A stretch of 64,000 bases of DNA from a virus, in IMG/VR virus record IMGVR_UViG_3300044655_001643; one strand, written 5' to 3'. Below, in pieces: positions 8,152 to 16,924 of this stretch. A program made the translations under genes and the position numbers. Below the pieces are notes generated by a model that was not told where the DNA came from, searched no databases, and worked only from the letters and a program-made list of their open reading frames with translations. Each line of letters begins with the position of its first letter. Position 1 is the stretch's first letter.

Positions 8152-9215
8152 TCAGGTTCAGTATTCAGTGCCTCAACATATAATTCACGCATCAATCCTT
8201 TCAACTTCTCACTTTCAACATTCAAGGAAAGATTGTCAATATACTTTGAAAGAATTGTCATTGTATCTTCTGCTTGATCAATCACATCATCATTTTCTGT
8301 GTCAAGTTCAGTCAAATCTTCGATCACAGAAATATCTGCCACTCCTGCTTTATACAAATTATCTATCACAACATCAAACAAAAAAGGATTCAGTTTGTTC
8401 TTCACTACAACTTTCACATAACAACCTTCGTACATTGAATAGTCGAATGTTCTATACTGTTCAGCAAAGTGTTCAAACTCATCATCATAATTGAGTTTAT
8501 AAAACATATGATAGGTGTTTTCAATAAACACCATCTCACGGGTATGTGTATCAAAAATATGAAAACCCCTGGGATCTTTGTAATCTGCCCATGTCATTTC
8601 ATTTGGTGAACCGACATAGAAGATATGTCCATCATCACTCTTATGATGAAAATGGCCAGACAATACTACATCATACTTGGACAATTCTTTTTTGTCAATA
8701 CCCTCGTGGGAAATATTGCCACGATCCATTTCGAAACCGGCAATCTCAAAATGGCCAACACATATCTGAGATTTGGTAGATTTTATTTGAGCAAAGATTT
8801 CATCTTGGTTATCGTCACATATCCAAGGTATAATGTCAATATCGATCCCATCAAAACTAACTGTACTGAAAGAATTATGTACAGTAATGTTATCATACTC
8901 TTTTAGAAGTAACTCTGAGGAGTTAACCTGAAGGGTGTTTTTGAATGATACATCATGGTTACCCAATAGTGTATGAAGCGTGAGATTGTTTTCTCTAAGT
9001 TTATCAAAGAAATACTTGCGACACAAATAGAGTGAATTGAAGTTGATAAACTTACGGCGGTCGAATAAATCGCCAAGTTGTATAATGGTTGATATACCAT
9101 TTTCTTTTAGGTAAGGGAAAAAGATGTTCTCGTAGAACTTCTCTATGTATTTATGAAATTCCAAAGAATCACCACGCATACCAAAATGCGTATCACCAAG
9201 TATACAGATTTTCAT
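8148..9215 (-). CDS. gp47: Recombination endonuclease subunit (Mre11/SbcD-like)
   Basis: GDTHFG, GDLFD, GNHD, SGHFH metallophosphoesterase motifs. Confidence 0.95.
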   Translation of the reverse strand: MKICILGDTHFGMRGDSLEFHKYIEKFYENIFFPYLKENGISTIIQLGDLFDRRKFINFNSLYLCRKYFFDKLRENNLTLHTLLGNHDVSFKNTLQVNSSELLLKEYDNITVHNSFSTVSFDGIDIDIIPWICDDNQDEIFAQIKSTKSQICVGHFEIAGFEMDRGNISHEGIDKKELSKYDVVLSGHFHHKSDDGHIFYVGSPNEMTWADYKDPRGFHIFDTHTREMVFIENTYHMFYKLNYDDEFEHFAEQYRTFDYSMYEGCYVKVVVKNKLNPFLFDVVIDNLYKAGVADISVIEDLTELDTENDDVIDQAEDTMTILSKYIDNLSLNVESEKLKGLMRELYVEALNTEPE

Positions 9216-9664
9216 TTTTCGATGTGTTTTTGAGCGACTCTAGTTCTGAGTTCAGTCGAACTAAATTTGTGACTTCTGGAATTGTAATAAGTTTTTATTC
9301 CTCTGTTGTCACAGATGTCTAAACCAGTCAAATGTTTGTCTTTATATTCTTCACCACAGATACGAATAGTGATAGGAAGAAACATCAACAAATCTTCCAA
9401 ATCTTTTTCTGTTTCATAGACTACAATCTCATCGACAAATTTGACAGCGGAGAGTTGTACATATCTCTCAACTACAGATTGAACTGGTTTGTTTTTGGTG
9501 TCTGGTCTATCAATTGTTGGATCAGTTTGTAAACCAACGATCAAGTAGTCGCAAATTTGTTTACATTCGGCAAGCATCAAAATGTGACCAGCATGGAGTA
9601 AGTCGAAAGTTGAGCAGGTAAAACCAACAGGTTTTCCAATCATGTTATCAGGTAGTGTCAGCAT
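9212..9664 (-). CDS. Cytidylyltransferase-family nucleotidyltransferase (TagD/RfaE-II-like)
   Basis: TFDLLHAGH (HxGH), LIVGLQTD, FSSTELR. Confidence 0.88.
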   Translation of the reverse strand: MLTLPDNMIGKPVGFTCSTFDLLHAGHILMLAECKQICDYLIVGLQTDPTIDRPDTKNKPVQSVVERYVQLSAVKFVDEIVVYETEKDLEDLLMFLPITIRICGEEYKDKHLTGLDICDNRGIKTYYNSRSHKFSSTELRTRVAQKHIEK

Positions 9665-9668
9665 AGTG

Positions 9669-10205
9669 TTATTCTACATCATCCTCTAAGAATTGTTCAA
9701 GACCTTCTGACTTCTTTGCCTTCTTTTTCTTCTTATTTTCCTCGAAGTTGTGGATAAACTCGGAGATATTATCGTACAGTTCGAACTGTCTCATGTTACC
9801 ATCAATATCTTCATACATTTCACCTTCATCTAGTAATCCAAATTGTTGTGTTGCTTTGTACTTCACATACAGTTGCTTCTTTTCCCGCATAATTCTACGT
9901 AGAAATGCATAGTAAATTATCTGTGTAAAGTAAGCAAATGGATTCTTAGATTTGTCTGGATCAAAGTTACGGAAGTATTGAATACAGTTTTCTACACCAT
10001 CAGATATCATCTCATCACGGTAAGTATATGAAATGAAGTTAGGCTTGCGTGATAGATGTTCCGCAATCTTCAAAAAACATTCACCAATGTAATCTGGTAT
10101 CTTTGGCTCTGATGTGTTATTTTCTTTTGCTGCTTTACAATCATCACGATACTTGATAAGTGCTGTCAAAAAGTCGGCGTTGTTTACGTAGTGTTTAGTT
10201 GCCAT
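9669..10205 (-). CDS. gp55: Late transcription sigma factor
   Basis: HYVNNADF, YIGECFLKIA, NF.SYTYRDEMISDG, NPFAYFTQI. Confidence 0.95.
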   Translation of the reverse strand: MATKHYVNNADFLTALIKYRDDCKAAKENNTSEPKIPDYIGECFLKIAEHLSRKPNFISYTYRDEMISDGVENCIQYFRNFDPDKSKNPFAYFTQIIYYAFLRRIMREKKQLYVKYKATQQFGLLDEGEMYEDIDGNMRQFELYDNISEFIHNFEENKKKKKAKKSEGLEQFLEDDVE

Positions 10206-11146
10206 TATACATTACCGTAAATATTATTTTTGAGATATGTATAACCCTTGATAAGTTCTTCAACACCATCATCTAATGTGTGATATGGCACCCAACCAGT
10301 TGCTTCTAACTTTTCGTTTGACACAATGTAGTTACGCTGATCTGGATCTTTCTTGATGTCGCCTTCTACAATCGTAAAGTTTGGCAGTTGTCTCTTGATG
10401 ATTTCACACAATTCTAACTTGGAGACATTTGCAGATGAAAGACCAACATTGTAAATTTGTCCTTTCATTTCATCAAACTGATAAATTGCATGTAGAAATG
10501 CTTCACATACATCACGAACATGAATGTAGTTGCGTTTGAAGTGTCCTTCAAAGATAACAACATAGCCATCATTGACAGCACGATAAGTCAAATCATTTAC
10601 TAGCAAATCAGTACGCATACGTGGTGACATGCCAAACACTGTAGCAAGACGATAACTAATTGAGTTCTCACGTTCCATCAATACTTTTTCAACAGCAACT
10701 TTATCCACAGCATACTTTGAAATAGGGCGCAGTGGTGAATCTTCAGTGCAGAAATTGTTTTCATCACCTGTGCCATAAGCTGAATTGGTAGTAGGCATGA
10801 TGATACGCTGTTCTTTTGATGTAGCATTGAGCATCCAGAATACAGCATCTTTATTTGTTGTATCTGCACCAACAACATCTTTATTACAGAGTGGCGCACC
10901 AACCAAAGCAGCAAGAGGAATGATAATGTCTGCTTGTTTGAGGAGAGGTGTAACATGCGCTGGATTACGAATATCTCCATTTACAATTGTTAGATTTTTA
11001 TTATCGCAAAGATGATTCAGACCTGACTGACGAAACATAAAGTTATCTAATACCGTAACTTGAAAGTTCATCTGAAGTAGATACTCTACTAGAATACAAC
11101 CAATGTAACCAGCACCACCAGTTACTAATACTTTTTGCCGATCCAT
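10205..11146 (-). CDS. NAD-dependent sugar epimerase/dehydratase (extended SDR)
   Basis: VLVTGGAGYIG, YxxxK (YAVDK), RLATVFG, RNYIHVRD. Confidence 0.9.
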   Translation of the reverse strand: MDRQKVLVTGGAGYIGCILVEYLLQMNFQVTVLDNFMFRQSGLNHLCDNKNLTIVNGDIRNPAHVTPLLKQADIIIPLAALVGAPLCNKDVVGADTTNKDAVFWMLNATSKEQRIIMPTTNSAYGTGDENNFCTEDSPLRPISKYAVDKVAVEKVLMERENSISYRLATVFGMSPRMRTDLLVNDLTYRAVNDGYVVIFEGHFKRNYIHVRDVCEAFLHAIYQFDEMKGQIYNVGLSSANVSKLELCEIIKRQLPNFTIVEGDIKKDPDQRNYIVSNEKLEATGWVPYHTLDDGVEELIKGYTYLKNNIYGNV

Positions 11147-11147
11147 A

Positions 11148-12329
11148 TTATACCCTATTCAAAATGTTTACGATTTCGTCAATTTGTGATTCTTTAAGTG
11201 TTGGATAATTTCCAATATAGAAACTATAAAAGTGCATATGATCCGTGTTTGGAAAGTTACGATAGTGATCTTTTGGTACAATATTTTCCAAATATGGTTG
11301 ACGTAATTGATTACCACCACCAGCAGAGCCTCTTCTGAACTCAACCTCTTCATCACGCATTTTATTCATCAAACGATTTACAAAATATTCTGTGCAATAT
11401 TCAGGCTGTAAAACAATGTTGAACGCATAGTTGCTACAACCAACAAGTTTGAAATCTACTTTGTATTTCTTTTGATCTAGTTTAGATAAAAAGTGAAATA
11501 GATTTTTATTTCTTAGATCAACATTTTTATCCAGATACTTCAACTGATTCTGACCAAGAATGCCACCAATTTCATTGTTACGCATATTGTATGCTGGATA
11601 TGCAAAGATGAAATCTGGATTCAGTGTTGGATATTTCTTTTTATAATCATCAGACATCTTTTCTGAACCACACTCACGAATCATACCATGTGAACGAAGC
11701 ATACGAACTGTGTGATAAACTTCTTCATCGTTTGTACAAACCATACCACCTTCAATTGTAGACATATGATGAGCAAAGTAGAATGAGAAGTTTGACATCC
11801 AACCATAACTACCTAACAATCTACCATTATGCATAGCGCCATGTGATTCGCAAACATCTTCAATCAAAGGAATGTTACGATGACGAAGAACTTCCAACAC
11901 TCTGTCAGATAAACAATCAAAGCCTTGTGCATAGGTAATAAACACAGCACGTGTTTTATCTGTGATAGCATTCAGTATGCCACCTTCATTCATACCAAGA
12001 GTGTCTAAGTCGATGTCAACAAACACTGGCGTAAATCCACATTGAATGATTGATGCGATATCAGATACCCATGTAAATGGTGGTACAATCACTTCACCAC
12101 CTTCTGGATGTTTGATCTTCAACATTGTCATTGACAATAGATTTGCCGAAGCACCAGAGTTGACAAAGACTGAATACTTTACGCCCAACCATTTAGACCA
12201 TGCTTCTTCAAAAGCACGACACTCTGGTCCATTTGTAAGTTTTGGATTATCTTTTTTGAGATGTTCTATTACCAAATCTAAATCTTCTCTAGTAATATTG
12301 TCAGACATTAGCGGATACTTCATCATCAC
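11148..12329 (-). CDS. DegT/DnrJ/EryC1-fold PLP enzyme, ColD/E1-type NDP-4-keto-6-deoxysugar 3-dehydratase
   Basis: VNSGASAN, IEDVCESHGA, SFYFAHHMSTIEGG, with His at the usual Schiff-base Lys position. Confidence 0.8.
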   Translation of the reverse strand: MMMKYPLMSDNITREDLDLVIEHLKKDNPKLTNGPECRAFEEAWSKWLGVKYSVFVNSGASANLLSMTMLKIKHPEGGEVIVPPFTWVSDIASIIQCGFTPVFVDIDLDTLGMNEGGILNAITDKTRAVFITYAQGFDCLSDRVLEVLRHRNIPLIEDVCESHGAMHNGRLLGSYGWMSNFSFYFAHHMSTIEGGMVCTNDEEVYHTVRMLRSHGMIRECGSEKMSDDYKKKYPTLNPDFIFAYPAYNMRNNEIGGILGQNQLKYLDKNVDLRNKNLFHFLSKLDQKKYKVDFKLVGCSNYAFNIVLQPEYCTEYFVNRLMNKMRDEEVEFRRGSAGGGNQLRQPYLENIVPKDHYRNFPNTDHMHFYSFYIGNYPTLKESQIDEIVNILNRV

Positions 12330-13309
12330 TCCATAATTATTTTACTACCAGTGTAATCAAATTTGAACGGCACCCATATATTGATTTCGGGTATTGCTTG
12401 TCTTATTATATCATGTTTTTCTGGAGATGCAAGAAACATAAAGAAACCACCACCACCTGCACCCATAAGTTTACCGCCATAAGCACCAGCACTCACTGCT
12501 TTATCATATATGTTATCTATATACCTTGTTGTAACATCATCCGTCAATTTTCTTTTGTAATTCCATTGCATATCAAGTAAAGCTCCAATATCTTTCATTG
12601 GTGCTTCCTGCATAAACAATGCCAAAGCATCATCGGAAATTTTAGATATTGTCTTTAGATATTCCTTTGACTTGCCCGTTTTGATATTATCGACTTGTTG
12701 TTTAGCATGAACATCTGCTAATCGATCTATACCAGAAAAGCCTAACATAATATGACTTTCTAAAACATCCAAATAACTTGTAGACACTTTTAGTGGTGAG
12801 ACTTTGATATTGCCACCAGAAAGTTCAATCACATTTACTCCACCATGTGCAGCAGAGATTTGATCTTGAACGCCAACAGATTCGCCTATGTAATTCTGTT
12901 CAATGTTTATCGCATCGATTGCCAATTCATAAGGCGAATATGTTCGTCGCTGATATCGTGCAATAGCATGTATCAGTCCAACAGTAAATGCAGAAGATGA
13001 TCCAATGCCCGAACGAGCAGGTAAATCACCATCATGACTAATAGAAATTCCGTTAGATATATCATAATACTTCAGACACTCCCTTACAGATGGATGGTCT
13101 ATTTCTGAGATATCATTGACGCTTTCTATCTTTGAATAGATAATCCGGTTAGCGTGTTCAAAATACGGCGGCAACTTCTTCAAACTTATATAGCAATAAT
13201 GTGCCATGGCAGCAGTGATTACTTTAGTTGAATGGCTGTTGAACCAATCAGGGTAATCTGTGCCACCTCCAAACAATGACAGACGATATGGTGTCTTAGA
13301 AATTATCAT
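12326..13309 (-). CDS. hddA: GHMP kinase, D-glycero-D-manno-heptose-7-phosphate kinase (HddA-like)
   Basis: KTPYRLSLFGGGTD, PARSGIGSSSA, GVQDQ, GGKLMGAGGGGF. Confidence 0.8.
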   Translation of the reverse strand: MIISKTPYRLSLFGGGTDYPDWFNSHSTKVITAAMAHYCYISLKKLPPYFEHANRIIYSKIESVNDISEIDHPSVRECLKYYDISNGISISHDGDLPARSGIGSSSAFTVGLIHAIARYQRRTYSPYELAIDAINIEQNYIGESVGVQDQISAAHGGVNVIELSGGNIKVSPLKVSTSYLDVLESHIMLGFSGIDRLADVHAKQQVDNIKTGKSKEYLKTISKISDDALALFMQEAPMKDIGALLDMQWNYKRKLTDDVTTRYIDNIYDKAVSAGAYGGKLMGAGGGGFFMFLASPEKHDIIRQAIPEINIWVPFKFDYTGSKIIME

Positions 13310-14213
13310 TCAGAGTTTTCAGAATATTGTCTTTGTTCAAACCTAATTTATTCAATAGGTATTCTCTTCCACCATTTTCAAAGACATACATTTCAGGAAT
13401 AGTAATTTGTTTTACTTTCTTGAGTATGTCACTATCTGACATTGCTTCCATGACTGCCGCACCAAGAGAGCCTGATGGTGTTTGCTCATCGATAACAATA
13501 ACACCCGCACTCACATCGATTGCATTCAGCAAAGTTTTAGGAAATGGCTTTGACTGAATTAGATCAACACCGAAAATTCTATTTGGCTGTTCATCATATG
13601 CTTGCTTGACAATGTGAGCCATTTTACCAGAACCAATTACAACAACTTTGTCTTGATTTACTATATCACCCATTGCACGATACTGCAAATCAGTTTTGAA
13701 GTTGGTCACATCAAGTTCTGGTTGTTCATGTCTATCAAGTCTTACATAACAAAACTCTGGCTTATCTAAAAGTTTTTTTGCCAATCGTCTTGATGTTTCC
13801 GAATCGGCTGTAGTGTAAATGTTCACGTTCATAATTGAACGCAGACACGCAAAATCTTCTGTGATGTAATGAGTGGGACCAGCATCAGCATAACCAATGC
13901 CAATACCGACAGACATAATACAGATTGGTAAATCCATCATACTAGGACCGCATTTGATTTGCTCAATCGCACGAAGAGAGATAAATGGTGCCATTGCATA
14001 ACAGAATACTTTCTTTCCTTCAAGTGCAAGACCCGTGGCAATGTCAATCATTGCTTGTTCAGAGATGCCGCAGTGAATAAAGTTTTCTGGATACTTCTCA
14101 CGAAGTTCATCAAGTGCAGCAGCACCAAAATCAGCAGACAAAAAGTAAATGTCTTTGTCTGTTTTCAGTCTTTCGTTTATCTCTTCAATAAAAGCATCAC
14201 GCTGTAGCATCAT
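13296..14213 (-). CDS. Transketolase, C-terminal (pyrimidine-binding) subunit
   Basis: LSADFG, CGISEQAM, GLALEG, RAIEQIK, GPTH, YVRL. Confidence 0.9.
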   Translation of the reverse strand: MMLQRDAFIEEINERLKTDKDIYFLSADFGAAALDELREKYPENFIHCGISEQAMIDIATGLALEGKKVFCYAMAPFISLRAIEQIKCGPSMMDLPICIMSVGIGIGYADAGPTHYITEDFACLRSIMNVNIYTTADSETSRRLAKKLLDKPEFCYVRLDRHEQPELDVTNFKTDLQYRAMGDIVNQDKVVVIGSGKMAHIVKQAYDEQPNRIFGVDLIQSKPFPKTLLNAIDVSAGVIVIDEQTPSGSLGAAVMEAMSDSDILKKVKQITIPEMYVFENGGREYLLNKLGLNKDNILKTLNDNF

Positions 14214-14967
14214 TTATCTCCTTGCGGCATTGTTCAATCTGTTCTGGTGTAATTGGTTGCATGTAGTGCCATTCTGGTTTGTTCTCCATCAAACTGAAAC
14301 CTTTACCCTTGACTGTGTTTGCAATAATAATTTTTGGTTTTGTTGATGAAGCATCCAGTGCTGCTTCGATAGCGTTTGTATCATGTCCATCAATAGAAAA
14401 AATATCAAATTCAAAACCAGATAACTTTTGATGAATTGAATTGAGTTTCAAACAATCATCTGTCTGACCAAGAATAATCAGATTATTGACATCAATAAAG
14501 ATTGTCATGTTTGGTATCTGACGATGTGCAACAAACAACAATGCTTCCCATGTTGAGCCTTCGTATAGTTCGCCCTCCGAGATAATCACATAAACATGTT
14601 TGTTTGGATCAGCAAGTGCCATACCAGCACCGACTCCAACACCATGGCCAAGAGAACCAGATGTCATATCAATACCTGGAATTGATACATTACCAAACAC
14701 ACGCAGACATGTATCTTTGTTCTTACCCCAATTCTCCCAATCTTCTTTTGGTAGAATATGCAAGTCTTTTAGAATAGGATACAATGCAACTGTTGCATGA
14801 CCTTTACTAATCAAAACTTTATCTTCTAGACCTACATAACCAGCATGATAAAGTGTAGTGACAATCTCTAACATTGAGAATGTAGAACCAGGATGACCTT
14901 GTTTTACTTCTACAAATTTCTCAAATAATTCTTTGCGATATAAGTTTGCTTTACGTTGCAAATCCAT
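14197..14967 (-). CDS. Transketolase, N-terminal (TPP-binding) subunit
   Basis: GHPGSTFS, ISKGHA, SGSLGHG, SEGELYEGSTWEA, DGHD, TVKGKG; likely start ATG at 14967. Confidence 0.9.
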   Translation of the reverse strand: MDLQRKANLYRKELFEKFVEVKQGHPGSTFSMLEIVTTLYHAGYVGLEDKVLISKGHATVALYPILKDLHILPKEDWENWGKNKDTCLRVFGNVSIPGIDMTSGSLGHGVGVGAGMALADPNKHVYVIISEGELYEGSTWEALLFVAHRQIPNMTIFIDVNNLIILGQTDDCLKLNSIHQKLSGFEFDIFSIDGHDTNAIEAALDASSTKPKIIIANTVKGKGFSLMENKPEWHYMQPITPEQIEQCRKEINDATA

Positions 14968-14969
14968 AA

Positions 14970-16490
14970 TCAATCTCCAAGTATTTTTCGTTTCAGTTTT
15001 ATTTTCGACATCTCTTCAAGATTTTGGCGTGAATCTGCACCAAACTTTGTTTCTACAAGATTCAGGAATGGCTCATGTGAAAAGTATTTGTGCCATGCTT
15101 CATCACGGAACTTCAACACTTCTGCACCAGTCAATGTTTTTGTACGCAGAGGTTTGCAGTCATATGATAAGAACGCAAACTCTTCAAATCTTTCTGGCAA
15201 ATCCCATCCGTTATTCTTGGCGTACATGTACAATGGACTACCAGGCAATGCCATTGCAGCATAGAAGTTTGCATGTTCGGTGTTCAATTCAAGTGACAAA
15301 TCAAGTGTCTCTTGCATTGTCTCCATCGTATCTTCGGGGAAACCAAACATGTAATTACCAAGAATGTTGATGTCTGCTGCCTTGACATCAGCAACAACAC
15401 GACGAATATCTACATCTTCAAACTTGCCCTTCTCAATTTCAAGGCGTACATTTTGGTTTGCTGCTTCGATGCCAAGACACAACCAATTCACACCTGCTTC
15501 TTTGAATAGTTCAAGTTGATCTTTGCGGACAGAATCAACACGTGCATATGCCCAGAAGTTGAAATCCATACCACGTTGTTTGATGCCTTCTAGAATTGGT
15601 ATATAATATTTTTTATTCAGAAAGAACATCTCATCTGTTAGACGAACAGTACGAACACCATTCTCATACAGATATTCAAACTCTTTGAGCATTAGTTCTG
15701 GTGACCAGAAACGCATACCACGTGAATCGGATGATACTGTGCCTTGTTCATATGATGTACGATTCACAATGTTGATCATACAGAAATTACATCCAAATGA
15801 ACAACCTAGTGATGTAGAGATAGCAGCAAACGGTGTGCGATTCTCATCATCTTTGAAATAGTTGTGCCAGTAGTGGGCACGATATTTGTCTAACAGTTTT
15901 TTATCTTTTGGCAACAAGTCCCATGCGTAGCCTGGCATTACATTGTCCATATCTTTCGTTTGAACAATTTGACCAGGCGCACCAGTTGCAGCAAAGCCGT
16001 GTTTTTTGTATACCAAACCACGAACTTTTTCTAAATCATCAACATAGTTTGTTTGTAGCAAATCTAACAAACCATACACACCTTCATTGATGAAAACAAA
16101 ATCAACATAAGGTAAACCAATTACATCATATGGCAATGCAGATGCATGTGAGCCAACGAATACAGTCTTGATGTTTGGATGTGATTGTTTGAGTTGTGTT
16201 GCTAACTTTGATGCACCAATCATCATCGTGGTGCCTGAATTTGGATTTTGTCCATAAAGAACAAAGACTGCTATATCAGTTTTTGTCTTAGCAATTCTTT
16301 CTGCTGCTTCTTCAACGTCTGTTGGCTCAGCATCGAAATCTAAAATGCAAGGATCGTGGCCTGCAACACGAACGGCGTTAGCAAGAAGCAATGCCCATGT
16401 TGGAGGTTCAATAGCAGAATACTTATTCGCCAGTGCCTGATATGCTTGAGCAGCACTGCTCGGTATTACAAATGTCACCACTTTTGACAT
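14970..16490 (-). CDS. Cobalamin-binding radical SAM enzyme
   Basis: N-terminal B12-binding Rossmann domain (VFVGSHASALP, FINEG), CSFGCNFC [4Fe-4S] motif, GIEAAN, YMFGFPEDT, PGSPLY. Confidence 0.88.
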   Translation of the reverse strand: MSKVVTFVIPSSAAQAYQALANKYSAIEPPTWALLLANAVRVAGHDPCILDFDAEPTDVEEAAERIAKTKTDIAVFVLYGQNPNSGTTMMIGASKLATQLKQSHPNIKTVFVGSHASALPYDVIGLPYVDFVFINEGVYGLLDLLQTNYVDDLEKVRGLVYKKHGFAATGAPGQIVQTKDMDNVMPGYAWDLLPKDKKLLDKYRAHYWHNYFKDDENRTPFAAISTSLGCSFGCNFCMINIVNRTSYEQGTVSSDSRGMRFWSPELMLKEFEYLYENGVRTVRLTDEMFFLNKKYYIPILEGIKQRGMDFNFWAYARVDSVRKDQLELFKEAGVNWLCLGIEAANQNVRLEIEKGKFEDVDIRRVVADVKAADINILGNYMFGFPEDTMETMQETLDLSLELNTEHANFYAAMALPGSPLYMYAKNNGWDLPERFEEFAFLSYDCKPLRTKTLTGAEVLKFRDEAWHKYFSHEPFLNLVETKFGADSRQNLEEMSKIKLKRKILGD

Positions 16491-16504
16491 AACAAAAAAT
16501 TCCT

Positions 16505-16924
16505 TTAGTGTAGTTTACTTGTCTTTACGCTCTTGAGAAGTTGGTCAAATTGTTCTTCTGACAAAGCACCATCATCTTCTTCATAATCTAGTTCTTCATC
16601 ATCAAGAAGTCTTTGAAGATTCGCATCCGATTCTTTCAAATCTTCACTGAGTCTTGCAACTAGTCTACCATAATATTGAATCATCTCTTCTTTCGGTTCA
16701 ACGACGGTAATGATATCTGTTGCATAAACGTTTGCGCTATTTACCTTGATAAGTTCAATTGGTAACCAGGGCATCATCATCATCATTGTTTGACCTGTTG
16801 GCATACGACGGAATACTAATCGCATTGGTTCATCCAGCTGGATCATATCTGAGTTTTCTTCTTCATACATAGATGCCACAATATCTTCACCAGTCTGCAT
16901 TCTTATTAGTTTTATGTTATGCAT
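16505..16924 (-). CDS. Conserved T4-like hypothetical protein (Sm-like fold) downstream of uvsW
   Basis: IKLIRMQTGEDIVA ... MPWLP; acidic C-terminus ending 'KLH'; usual position after uvsW. Confidence 0.6.
   Translation of the reverse strand: MHNIKLIRMQTGEDIVASMYEEENSDMIQLDEPMRLVFRRMPTGQTMMMMMPWLPIELIKVNSANVYATDIITVVEPKEEMIQYYGRLVARLSEDLKESDANLQRLLDDEELDYEEDDGALSEEQFDQLLKSVKTSKLH

Noticed and set aside
13296-14973. Split transketolase read as a frameshifted pseudogene
   Set aside because: Two-subunit transketolases are a known natural form. Both halves have their own starts and intact motifs.
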